A program made the translations under genes and the position numbers. From Octopus vulgaris (lineage: Eukaryota), in the NCBI GenBank assembly GCA_951406725.2, contig OX597815.1, positions 44,144,001-44,208,000 of the forward strand: 64,000 nucleotides of DNA, read 5' to 3'. Positions 41,510-54,032 of the stretch are shown here, one piece after another; within the stretch, counting starts at the first letter, position 1; each line of letters opens with the position of its first letter. The notes below the pieces were generated by a model. That model was not told the origin of the DNA. It made no database searches and saw nothing but the letters and a program-made list of their open reading frames with translations.

Positions 41510-41722
41510 TTGGTTTCAAAGTTTTGGCACAAGGCTAGCAATTATAGGGGAGGAGTAAGTCGCTTCCATCGACCATAGTGTTCAACTGGTACTTGTTTTA
41601 TCGACCCCGAAGGATGAAAAGCTAAGTCAACCTCAGCAGAGATTGAACTCAGAACGGAAAGAAAGATGAAATTCCGCTAAGCATTTCGCCCGACATGCTA
41701 ACGATTTTGCCAACTCGTCTCC
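41510..41722 (-). mobile_element. SINE family A
   Basis: Head and core recognisable. Confidence 0.8.
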
Positions 41723-41827
41723 TTATACATGTATACAGATATACACACATGTATGTGTCTGTGTTTGTGCGTAATTATGAATGTGTGTGTGAGAGAGAGA
41801 GACAGAGACAGAGAGACACAGAGACAC

Positions 41828-41859
<32 letters not shown>

Positions 41860-42204
41860 CGTGGCCTAGTGGTTCGGAAGTTGCACTCATGATCACACGA
41901 TCGAGGTTTTGATACCCGGACCGAGCGGTCCGCGGTGTTCTTGAGCAAAACACTTTGGTTTATGTTGGTCCATTCCAATCAGCTGTAAATGGGTACACCG
42001 TGCGATGATGGATTAGCGTTTTCCTGAGGGGCAATTTTACCTGCTGCCAAGCCAGTGAGGTGGCATCATTGAAAGCTAAAACAAGGACAAAAAGTGCATT
42101 GTGACCAGCAATGTGTAACATCTGATAGTCACGTCATTACAATGATACAGTGATATACAAACATATAAGGTTCTTTTTTGGTGTGTGTGCGTGTGTGTGT
42201 GTAT

Positions 42205-42545
42205 CTTTTGCTTATCTTTTTATTGTTTCAGTCATTTGACTGTGGCCATGCTGGAGCACCGTCCTTGAGGGTTTTAGTTGAACAAATCAACCCCAGGACA
42301 TTTTTTAAGTCTAGTACTATAATCTCGGTCTTTTCTTTTCTTTCCTTTTTTTCCGCCGAACCTATAAGTTACAGAAACACACAAACAGCGGTTGTCAAGC
42401 AGTGGTCGTGGACAAACACAAACACAAATACAACACAAACAAACATCTATCTATCTATCTTTATCCAGCCCTAGGGCTATGGGACTGAACCCGGAACCAT
42501 GTGGTAGGGAAGCAAGTTTCTAATCACACAGACACGCCTGCGCCT
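42205..42545 (-). mobile_element. SINE family B, internally deleted
   Basis: Head at 42480-42545 and tail at 42205-42270. Confidence 0.7.
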
Positions 42546-42553
42546 ACCTCTTT

Positions 42554-42590
<37 letters not shown>

Positions 42591-42627
42591 GCGCTATATA
42601 TATATATATAAAAAGGGCGCATTTATT

Positions 42628-42699
<72 letters not shown>

Positions 42700-42700
<1 letters not shown>

Positions 42701-42957
42701 AAATAAATAAATGCGCCCTTTTTAAAGCTTAGCCACGCTCATGGGCCCGGTTTCCCGGTTTCAATAGCGTATGTATTCCCCAGCTGGACCGACGCCAGTC
42801 TATCGCAGCGCTACTCATTTTTGCCAGCTGAGTGGACTGGAGCAACGTGAAATGAAGTGTTTTGCTCAAGAACACAACGCACCGCCCAGTCCAGGAATCG
42901 AAACCACCACCTTACGATCATGATTTCAATACCCTAATCACTAAGCTACGTGCCTCC
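42700..42957 (-). mobile_element. SINE family C, tail type 1
   Basis: Homologous to 4636-4875. Confidence 0.85.
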
Positions 42958-43074
<117 letters not shown>

Positions 43075-43179
43075 GGTATTTTTATATAAGCTTAAATCTT
43101 ATGGCGATTACCGAGCAATGACTAAGGAAAATAGTCTAATAAAGGGGCGTAGAAGCCCTCGACACAAAAAGGAAGGTTT

Positions 43180-43247
43180 TTCTATCCGCGTGGGAGTCGA
43201 ACCCACATCCCTTTATTAATGCGACTAAGTGTGTTACCTTCACACCG

Positions 43248-43250
<3 letters not shown>
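43180..43250 (-). other. tRNA-like head (pseudogene or head of another SINE family)
   Basis: Minus reads CGGTGTGAAGGTAACAC...GTGGGTTCGACTCCCAC (D-arm and T-arm-like). The acceptor stem is lost in (CA)n. Confidence 0.5.
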
Positions 43251-43343
<93 letters not shown>

Positions 43344-43602
43344 ATGTACGTATACCCATACACTCACAAACAGATGCACGCCCATATATGGCCAGGTTTG
43401 TGAGGATATCAGTATGTGTATACATGTATGTTTATTCGTGAATGTACTTTTATGCAGGCTGCGAAGGAGGCGTGCACCTCTCCTGACGTGCATAGAAGTA
43501 ATAAATATGCAGACACCAGACTTGCCTGATGTCTGTCAACGACCCTTCATCACTCGAGGCGAGCAGGAAGTCAACAATACTTGAGATAACAGTTTTTTTA
43601 TT

Positions 43603-43639
<37 letters not shown>

Positions 43640-44286
43640 CGTGAGAGATGTACTTTTCATCAACCAATCTCTGCAGTAATTATGGACGTGCACTTCTGAG
43701 AAACGGAATAGTTTCTGAGAGACTACAACACTATATACTAAACATGTATATACTACATGAGGTTCAGAGGTCTGTCTTGCAGGACTCATCTAAACCATTG
43801 ACGTTTTTGTAATCACATAATGATTATATACACTAATAATTATATACATATACATACATTCGTACATATATATATATCTGCATGTGTGTGTATGCATGTA
43901 TGTGTGTGCATGCATATGCATATGCATCTATATATGTATAATTACATATTCTTACATATAAACACTCACAGGTACACACGCACACACACACACACACACA
44001 GAGAGAGGCACACACACATATACACTCACATATACTCGCAAACACATGTACATACACACTGCCCTGAACAGTTTCTTTTTGTACTTCATATATTCGTACT
44101 GTGAAGGTTACGCCCATTCCAGCCAGTTGCTTTTTGATAACGAATACAGCAAACAAGCGTGAAAGACACAAGGCGTGTATGTATATATATATATATACAA
44201 ACACACGCCCAAGTACATACTCGTGCATGTATACATATGTACTCATACACATATGCAAATACGCACATATATACATACATATATGA

Positions 44287-44510
44287 AGGCGGTGAGTTGG
44301 CAGAAACGTTAGCGCGCCAGGCGAAATGCGTAGCCGTATTTCGTCTGTCGTTACGTTCTGAGTTCAAACTCCGCCGAGATCGACTTTGCCTTTCGGGGTC
44401 GATAAATAAAGTACCAGTTTCGCAGTGGGGTCGATGTAATCGACTTAATCCCTTTGTCTGTCCTTTTTTGTCCCCTCTATGTTTAGCCCCTTGTGGGTAG
44501 TAAAGAAATA
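44287..44510 (+). mobile_element. SINE family A (long tail)
   Basis: Full copy. Confidence 0.9.
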
Positions 44511-45288
44511 TGTACATACATATACATACACACACTCATACACGCACACACACAGAGTTGTACTCGAGTAGTTGGGAAAATGCCCATGACTTGTAAGTTA
44601 AATTGCTTTATGTTTTACTTGAAGATTGTTAAGTCGGCATCTGCAGGTAAAATATGAACAGAGGGCAATGTGGAGAGAGCTGATGCCCGAGTTAAGAAAA
44701 TAAGGTTGGACATGGAGATTGATGAGGATAGGAAGCTATAAGGTTTTGTTGAGTGGGCCGTGGAGGAGAGATTAAGCAAGCTATTACTTCAGAGTGTGCA
44801 GTCGTTAGAATAAGCACGTCTTTAGGCCAGATTCCCAAGGGAGTTCATGCATCAGCCCTTACTAATCCTTATTTGGATTACCTTATTCCAATGCTTTTTA
44901 GGAATGTGTGTGTAACAACAGATTTGAGAGCAATACTCTACTTATTTGGGTGGATATGAGGATTTCTCTCGTGTGCTTTTCTATGATAGTAACACTGAAT
45001 GCATATGAGCAGTCATAATGAATTTGTGCTACTTAAAGACACTAGGTTGTCGACCCTCGACGAACGGATATTGTTCATCGAAGTGTTGCAGGTTTAGTGT
45101 GAGTTGCATATGAATGACTCATGTTTGAAGAGAGTAGGTAATACTAGGTGAATATTTTTATATCTATGCATACATACCTACCTACCTACCTACCTACCTA
45201 CATACATACATACATACATACATACATACATACATACATACATACATACATACATACATACATACATACATACATACATACATACATA

Positions 45289-45570
45289 CATGATGACTGT
45301 CAACTCATGAACGAGGAAGGCTCTCACTGACCGTTAAGAACATTATACACTCAGAAAAATTTATACTTTACACTGGTGACAAATGAGCCCAGCTTCTGAT
45401 AAACATGCACGTCTGCAGACATTGCAGACCGAGCTTCCCCCATTCACTACACTAGCAGCGGGTGTTTTTCCGAAAATACCCATCCTTTCTTTTACTTGCC
45501 TCCTCCATTGGTGCCTATGACAAGCATTGCTTTTCCAGTTAGTCTCCCATATTACACATGCCTTCAACAC
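45289..45570 (-). mobile_element. RTE-like LINE 3' relic ending in (TATG)n
   Basis: CNVCRRACLSEAGLICH zinc finger similar to the 13522 ORF. The 3' end abuts a (CATA)n array. Confidence 0.65.
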
Positions 45571-45751
45571 ACAGTCATATATGCATGGAAACATACATGT
45601 TTAATTGCATACATATATACATACATATGTATATATATATTCGTTTTCTTCTAACGAACCGTAATATAGACACACGCACACGCTCAGACACACACACATA
45701 CACACACACGCTTAAATGAGAGACAGAGATATTGATATATAGATAACTGTG

Positions 45752-45799
<48 letters not shown>

Positions 45800-45801
<2 letters not shown>

Positions 45802-45960
45802 AAATACAAGTGCAAATTGAGACAAGAACGCAAAACATCCGGACAACTAGGTGATACAAAAAGGGACAGCAAAACATCCAGATAGACGATACAAAAAAAC
45901 AGGGACGGGTGATTCGAAGCTTTCTATCCTCAGTCAAGAACCAGATCATCCTCGCAACTC
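45800..45960 (-). mobile_element. Family X 3' fragment
   Basis: Reverse complement matches 20250-20316 and 21000-21090. Confidence 0.65.
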
Positions 45961-46069
45961 TGTGTGTATGCGTGTGTGTGTGTGTGTATGTGCGAATGTG
46001 TGTGTGTGTGCATTTTTTTTTTTTTTTTTGCTGTTAGCTGCAGCCATACTGATGCACCGCCGTTTTGTG

Positions 46070-46189
46070 ACGCTTACAGCACCTAGGTTTCCCAAGCGGT
46101 CCCCCATCTAAGTACTAACTTGGGTCGACGTTGCTTAACTTCGGTGATCGGACGAGAACCGATGCTTTCAGCGTGATATGGCCGTGAGC
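46070..46189 (-). rRNA. Full-length 5S rRNA sequence, probably a retroposed copy or SINE head
   Basis: Minus reads GCTCACGGCCATATCACGCTGAAAGC...CCGATCACCGAAGTTAAGC...TTAGTACTTAGATGGGGGACCGCTTGGGAAACCTAGGTGCTGTAAGCGT (120 nt). No downstream T-run terminator, and one helix I mismatch. Confidence 0.92.
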
Positions 46190-46697
46190 CATATGTACTG
46201 TATATATAACAGTATACTTGCATAGCTCAAGTTAATGCAAACACCCGAATACAGGCGATCGGTTAAATATTTCATGTTACATGGTGACTTAATCTGTCTA
46301 CACTTTTAAAGATGACGTAATACAATAGGCTGTTACCCGGTCAAAGGCCTCAAATGCTCTATATATTTGCATTATATGCAGTATAGTTTTGTCATTCGTG
46401 ACGCTGCTTCAACATGACATTCCATTCTCTCTCTCTCTCTCTTTCTCTCTCTGCCTTTTTCTCTCTCTCACGCTTTTTCTCTCCCATACGTTCTCTCTCT
46501 CTCTCTCTCTCTCTCTTTTTCTCTCTATCTCTCTCTTTCACGCATATTTTAATTGTCTTATCATCTTTCATTATCTTAGTCTTGACTTTTTCCTCTTATT
46601 TCTCACACTCTCTTTATCTTCTCTCCTGTATTTCTCGTTCTGGCTCTCGACTCCTCCCTCTGTTTTCCTTCTTCCATTCTTTCCTTTCTTTCATTCT

Positions 46698-46778
<81 letters not shown>

Positions 46779-47195
46779 ATTCCTTTTTTCTAGAGTGGAT
46801 TTTTTACTTGAAGTATTTTATTTCAGTCTCATAACAAAATCTGTAACCAACAAAGCTGAAGGTGTACAGAAAGAAATCTAACGCCCTTCACGCTGCATCT
46901 CCTTCATAGACTCAAGTAAAAAGCCATACATACATACGTACATACATATATACATGCATACAAACAAATACACACACACTCACACACATGCACGTATATA
47001 CGGACACACATGCACATATATACACACGTATCTTTTATCATTTATTTGTTTCAAATATTAGACCGCACCCATCCGTGAGGTACATTTCTTAAACCTGGTA
47101 TTTTATTCTATCGGTTTCTTTAGCCGAATCACTAAGTTACAGGGACGTAAACACACAAGCACTGGCTGTCAAGCGTATATATATATATATGTATT

Positions 47196-47243
<48 letters not shown>

Positions 47244-47411
47244 AGAATAAGCACATAAATGCGAAACAAGGTGGAAAAAATAGTGCTCGAATAACAGAGT
47301 TAGAGTAGTAATATGCTTTATTAAAAAAATATCACAAAAATTCAGGAACGGGAACGTGAAACTCTGAGTAACAGTTCTGTGATATTTTTGCTGCTTTTAA
47401 TAAAGAGAGCT

Positions 47412-47476
<65 letters not shown>

Positions 47477-47554
47477 TGGGTTGTCCGGAATATATATATA
47501 TATATATATATATATAGCGGCGTACATACACTTTGGTCTCTTATACATATATGT

Positions 47555-47622
<68 letters not shown>

Positions 47623-48115
47623 CGTCTTTATTCTAGAGAGCAGGGCCTGTTCTTTTAGACTCACTCAATAGCTCATCTGTTGCAGCGACTCAATCTCCTT
47701 CGTGAAGTCACATTGGGTTGTCTCGAGTTCTGTTGTTAGTTTGACGCCTTGTGGCGACCACCATTGGGAACAATAATCAAGGCGACTAGGAATAAATGCT
47801 CTCCAAACAAGCAGTATGTTATCCTTTTTCCTTGTTATCAATGATCTCAGAATCTAACCAGTGACACACCTGCACAATTTTGTCAACTTAGTAATATGTA
47901 AATGGAAAAAGATGCAGCGTTACTTATGTAGATTCTTAAGTCATACGGTAACTCTGGAATTACTCTTCCCCCTGATCCTCTGTATTTCGACAGCAACTCT
48001 GTTTGTGGGGCGATAGGAGAATGCTTGAAACTTCTCGTAACTCCAAAATCCACCCTTTCTGCTACCCCATTTTCCCGTTTTAAGAGTGGACACACACACA
48101 CACACACACACACAG

Positions 48116-48161
<46 letters not shown>

Positions 48162-48203
48162 CAATAATAATTCTCTAAAAGAGATATAGACAGTAACTGC
48201 TCG

Positions 48204-48480
48204 ATAACATAAGGGACTAAAGCCATCTGAATATGGCTAGGGACAGGGCAGGATGGTGGGGGTGTTACTGTTGCATTTAGCCCCAGGCGAACATCGACGT
48301 CGCCAGATAGGCTTGACACCATCACGGAATTATCTCCCTTTGCAGGTTAAAGGACACCGTGATGGTGTCAAGCCTATGTGGCGACGTCGATGTTCGCCTG
48401 GGGCTAAATGCAACAGTAACACCCCCACCACCCTGCCCTGTCCCTAGCCATATTCAGATGGCTTTAGTCCCTTATGTTAT
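48204..48480. repeat. Near-perfect foldback (124-bp arms, 29-bp spacer), MITE-like
   Basis: 48204-48327 pairs with 48357-48480; 2 mismatches by eye. Confidence 0.92.
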
Positions 48481-48695
48481 ATATATATATATATATATTG
48501 TTCCTGGGAGGGTATCTTTCTGGGTTCAGTCCCATGGTCTGTGTCGTGACCTAAGGGGGTCTCAGATATATATATAATTAAGCATCAGATGAATTAAGTA
48601 TTTTAATTTAGGCACCAAGCCAGTTCGGTATAGCCCGCGCAGCTCGAAATTAGGTGAATAAAAAGTAACTAAGTAAGAAAGATATCCAGGTATTA

Positions 48696-48784
48696 CTGCA
48701 TTACGCCCGTTTCAAGCGACTCCATTTAATCGATCAATGAAAACATTACATCAATTTGAAACACACCGCTCTCCTCAGGCGTAG
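48696..48784 (-). ncRNA. Type I hammerhead motif with long loop II and damaged stem I
   Basis: Minus reads CTACGC-CTGAGGA-GAGCG...CGCTT-GAAA-CG GG CG-TA-ATGCAG. Confidence 0.6.
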
Positions 48785-49185
48785 ACAAACATAGATTTCC
48801 AAAATAAAGGACAAAGCATTTTAACACAGTTTACTTCAGTACTAGAAAATAAAACACATTGTTTCTCTTTGCCATGTTTGTCTCAAATGAATTTAAGGAA
48901 AAAATCTAAAACCTACTATAATTTAGAGAACAGTAGAGGGAAATAGCGGGGGACAAGAAAAGAGAAATGGTGAATAGCTAATTTATATTTATTTTTATCC
49001 TGGTATTATTTATAAGATTTTATGCATATAGTCTACAACCCTTTAGAATTAAATCCGTTGGGAGTCGACAGTTAAGTTCCAGTTGATAGTGATAAATTAA
49101 TTAATGTCAGATACTCTCCCCGACCCTAAGTTTACTGGAACGATATATTAAGCTTTATCAACATAAAAAGGACATCCTTTGTTAC

Positions 49186-49244
<59 letters not shown>

Positions 49245-49284
49245 CACATACATACGTACATACATATATATACATACATACATA

Positions 49285-49974
49285 CATTCGGTACGATATG
49301 TTTATTTTGGTAGTTTTGACTTTAAAAGTCCCTCCCAGCGTGCGGCATTTATGTGTAATAATTTCCTCTATATAATATAAATAAATATTTTCAAGTGAAA
49401 AAATTTACAGATTTTTTCTCTTATGAGGTTTTTCATGCTAACTACTTGATAATTTCTTATGAAGATTTTATCCTATTTTTAAATTTTAAATTATATATTT
49501 CACCGGAATAATTCAATACTGAATATTTGTTCCGAAGAAGCACGTTGTTACCGAAATGCAATTCGAAAAAGCCCGCCATTTACATAGATGTATAAGGGGT
49601 GAACAGTTCTATATGCTACGGTGGATACGATGGTTGTTCGTCTGGTATGTTGATTTTGTTCATTCATTATAAATCTTGAATTCGCTGTACTGACGAGCAA
49701 GGGACGCAGACACTGCGTTGATTGCGAAATCACTGGTGATCTGCAGCTAAATTCTGTTTTTAAATGACTTGCTTTCGAGACTTGCATTCGGTACGATATG
49801 TTTATTTTGGTAGTTTTGACTTTAAAAGTCCCTCCCAGCGTGCGGCATGTATGTGTAATAATGCCCTCTATATAATATAAATAAATATTTTCAAGTGAAA
49901 AAATTTACAGATTTTTCTCTTATGAGGTTTTTCACGCTAACTACTTGATAATTTCTTATGAAGATTTTATCCTA
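49285..49974 (+). mobile_element. 500-bp unit with a ~190-bp direct terminal repeat and a hammerhead (Penelope pseudo-LTR or retrozyme-like)
   Basis: 49285-49475 is repeated at 49785-49974 with few differences. Hammerhead at 49684-49747. Confidence 0.8.
49684..49747 (+). ncRNA. Type I hammerhead ribozyme with intact core
   Basis: Stem I GCUGUA/UGCAGC; CUGACGA; stem II GCAA/UUGC plus ACGCAG/CUGCGU; GAAA; stem III AUCAC-ug-GUGAU. Predicted cleavage after AUC (C49741). Confidence 0.88.
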
Positions 49975-50709
49975 CGCAATAGAGGGCATAAAAACGTTCG
50001 GACAGAAAATGATACAAAGGCGAACAAGAGAAACAACAATTTGAAGGACAGGCAAAAAAACACGGGTCATTCATGTCATTCAAGACTGTCATTCAGAATT
50101 CACGACCATTTCGGGCAGTTACACTTGAGATGGTGCGAGCTGGTTGCCCCCCAAAAGTCTAAGCTAAGAGCATTAGACCCCTTTGTAAGAAAGCTAGCGA
50201 ATGTGTATGGCAACAAAGACAAAAAACCCAAAAAAAACGGAGAACATGGTACAAATTACGAATACAAACAACAAGAAATAACAACAGGCGTCTTTCGACT
50301 GAGAACGAATCAAACTGAGCTGGCGTGTATGAAGTGAATACCTAAAGTCAGGAACATGGGAGATGGAGACAAGAGGTGTTGGGGGTCGGTAGTGAGGCTA
50401 AAAAAGAAAGATCAAGGTAGGTCGGACACCGGTCACGAGGAAGGAGAAGAGAAAGGTATGGGACAGCGAAATTGAAGGATTAGAAAGCAAAATCAGAGAC
50501 AAAGAGAAAGGTACAGGGGAGATAAACGAATGGGAAACCGTGAAAGTTAAAGAAAGACAGAGCCAAGAAATGTGAAAGAGTGGGAACGAGAAAAAGAAAG
50601 AAAAATGAGAGGGGGAATAAAAGATTGAGTAAGAGTCGTACAAAATTTAGATACATACCTACTATAAGGTGAGCACAAGGGTGTACGTACACTGCTATCT
50701 ATCTATCTA

Positions 50710-50756
<47 letters not shown>

Positions 50757-50940
50757 AACAAAAACGCAATAGAGGGCATTAAAACCTTCGGACAGATAAA
50801 CGATACAAAGGCGGACAAGAGAAACAACAATTAGAAGGACAGGCAAAAAAAAGACGGGTCATTCGTGGCTTTCTTTCATCAGTTAAGTCCCAGAAGTCAC
50901 GACCATTTCGGGCAGTCACGCGTGATATGGTTCGAGTTAG
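49974..50940 (-). mobile_element. Family X: ~720-bp unit, (TA)n, then a partial second unit
   Basis: ACGCAATAGAGGGCAT... occurs at 49974 and 50764. Body homologous to 20400-21090. Confidence 0.75.
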
Positions 50941-51373
50941 CGGTTATGATAACCGACAATGAGATAAAATATCACTTAGTAATCGGGAGAGATCGTTGGA
51001 CTTAACCTGTCCCATTGCGGAGGTGGGATTCTCTGTAATAGTTATGTGATTACACTATCTTAAGCACCCTACGGTAATGTTTTGGATACATTGTCATGCC
51101 CATTGTCAGTCATGTTAGTAAGTTTCCTTGTATTATTATTTTTTGATAATTTCTTTTCATATCTTTTCAAACATCTTGGTTCCCCGCTCCAAATATTTTT
51201 ATTCCCTAGACCAGTACTCTTACCTACGGACTTTCTTAGCCCTAGGGTGCTAGATTATATGCTTTTCATATTTGGGGCTTCCAGTAATATTTTCTGGGCC
51301 AATTTTTCTTTCCTATTCCTTCTTCCTTTTATTTTATTTATTTATTTATTTATTTATTTTGGATGCTTTTGTT

Positions 51374-51490
51374 TTACTCTGATGAAACACCGTGCCCTGA
51401 TTCAAATGTCCTATGAAAATACGGAATTTCATTTTCTCAATTACTTGTAAACATTGATCGGTACCGGATGCAGAAACAGCCGTAAGATTT
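51374..51490 (+). ncRNA. Decayed hammerhead-like motif with long loop II
   Basis: CTGATGA at 51379 and GAAACAGCCGTA at 51473. Stems are only partly paired. Confidence 0.4.
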
Positions 51491-51740
51491 GTTATGTCAC
51501 ATAAATGTTAGGCAATGTCTTGTATTATATAATAAGCTATAAATGTGGTCCAATTGATGTCCTTCTTGATCGGAAGTTTTCTCCATTTTCTGATTATTTA
51601 TATATATCTATGTATATATATGTGAAAAAATGTATAGTGAATGATCAAACGAAAAATGGCAAGTTAACAATCCTATATTAAGTGCACAGGCGAACGGAAA
51701 ACAGACACAGAAGATCCCTAATTCCTCATCGGTTATCGTC

Positions 51741-51779
<39 letters not shown>

Positions 51780-53424
51780 GCACTTATTACGGGAGAAGAT
51801 GATAGCATAAAAGGTAGATTTGGGAGATACACAATTAAGATTTTATGTTGAAATGAATTTGGTTTCAAATTGAGCAATGTATTTATCACTAACAGAATCA
51901 ATAACATGTACTAGACCCGGACTGGAAGTGCAACAGAACTTAATAATAGAATGCGCTGTTACGAAATAATGGAAGGCTCTGAGCAATTATTGCGCTTTCT
52001 TAAATAACTAAAATGGCTCTATTACAATGTATTTTTTAAATTTTAGTTCCAACACACGGTGCTAGGAACGTTACTTACATAACTACACAAATTTAACTCT
52101 ACTAAGGAGTTAAGTACACATTTGTCCTCGAAAAGACGCGATAGCCATGCCTAGTCAGTCTTTCATCACATGTTTGCACTATATTGAACAGGGATTAAAC
52201 AGAAATACCTGATTGTGTTCCAATATAAAATCGGTAATGGGAAGTTCCCAGAGCACCAGTGGTACAAAATTCTTTTCCAAAACAAGATTAAATTTGTCTG
52301 TATTGTTCTCTATCAGACTCCATACTAAATATCATCGTAAAAGAGGGGAAACAGAATTATGATACATTGTTTCGGAGGCACTAATAGGGTAAATGAAATA
52401 AAGTTACTGCTTTGATATAGGTTTAAAATGGTGGAAGTCAATAATGACTCTGACCCCGCATCAGAATTCGATAAAATAAGTAGTAGTTAAAAAATAGAGA
52501 CGAAACAAATGTATATACACAATCCTTAACTTTATCCTAGTGAGTAAGACTGTATGTGGTTAGGTAACTTTGTATCGATTCTGCTTCACTGAGGCGGTTC
52601 AAAAAGATAGAAACATATCTGGAGTTGTCATCTTAGCTACAGTGTGTCGAATTCACACCTCTCTGCATAAGTTAAATTAATGTTTGGTAAACGAAATAGT
52701 TGAAAGTTACTTCCCTTCTCTCATTTAAGAAAAATTCTCATTAACGCTTAGGACGTTTCTCGTTACGGTTCGGTTGATCAAAAATTATTTTCAGCTCATC
52801 ACGTTATCTATTGCTGTCTTTACTTTAGTATATTAAATTATTCAGGTTTTGAGATGTAAAGATTACTCAACAATTAACTGAGACCTTCGTCTAGCAAAAA
52901 AAAAAAAAAAAAAAAGAGCAGACAATAGATCGAATATTAAAACTACATAAAATAAAAAGAAATGTAAGCAGACGATAACAGATAAAATGTCAATGTTCGG
53001 AATGAAAATATTTCGAAAAGATATTCAGTTGCAATAGATTTTTTTTTCTACATTATTATACTTCAAAAAGTAACCTTTTACATTCTAATTTTTCCTCTTT
53101 TACTTTTGTGCTAGCTTTTTTCTTTTACTTTCCCTTTCATTTTTCTTTCTTTTTCCTTTTTTTTGTTTCCTTCTGATTTGTCTCTTGTTTTTTTTCTGTT
53201 CTGCTTTTTTTTTTCTTTGTTTTTTCTGTACAGAACTTAAAATGGCAGAGCACCATTTGACATTTGAATAACTTAACAGGATTTTAAATAACTGCTGTTA
53301 AAAGGGGGTGGGTATGATAAAGGAGTGAAATAATTACATAAATTCATAGCTAGCCACTCCAATCGACATACCGCTCTTCTTTTTTATTATGTTTCTTATT
53401 TAAATATTCTTCCAAAAATTACTG

Positions 53425-53484
<60 letters not shown>

Positions 53485-53744
53485 TTTAGAAAGGAAATTT
53501 ATATTTGAGCAAATTATTTTACTCTCTATATATGAGAATACATAGTCATACACAAATTAGACCACCTATGCTATATAGAGGGCTTTACGTGGTCACTTGA
53601 CTTGCTAGAAATAGTAGCCCGAACCATCAGATTGCAATCTACAATCTTAAAAAAAAAGATGTGTTAATAACAGCTGCTTAATTAGACCGAGCCTTGAGTA
53701 AAACTGAATTCCTTTCGCGTTATTTTGTTTTACGTTCTTTTATT

Positions 53745-53986
53745 TTTATCTTTTATTTGTTTTAGTCATTAGACACCGGCCATGCTGGAGCACCGCCTTG
53801 AAGAATTTTTACATGAATAAACTGACCCCCAGTACTTCTTTTTTTTAAAGCCTATTACTTATTCTATCGGTCTCTTTTTTCCAACCGCTAAGTTACGAGG
53901 ACGTAAACAAACCAAAACCAATTGTCAAGCGGTGGTATGGGATAAACACGGGCAGAAAGACACAAACATAACACACATACATATAA

Positions 53987-54032
<46 letters not shown>

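Noticed and set aside
43445-43590. GC-richer unique segment as a possible exon (MHVRRGARLLRSLHK on minus)
   Set aside because: Weak donor site, short, and no recognisable homology.
44560-45130. Possible RT relic on minus
   Set aside because: Only faint motif echoes; a profile search would be needed.
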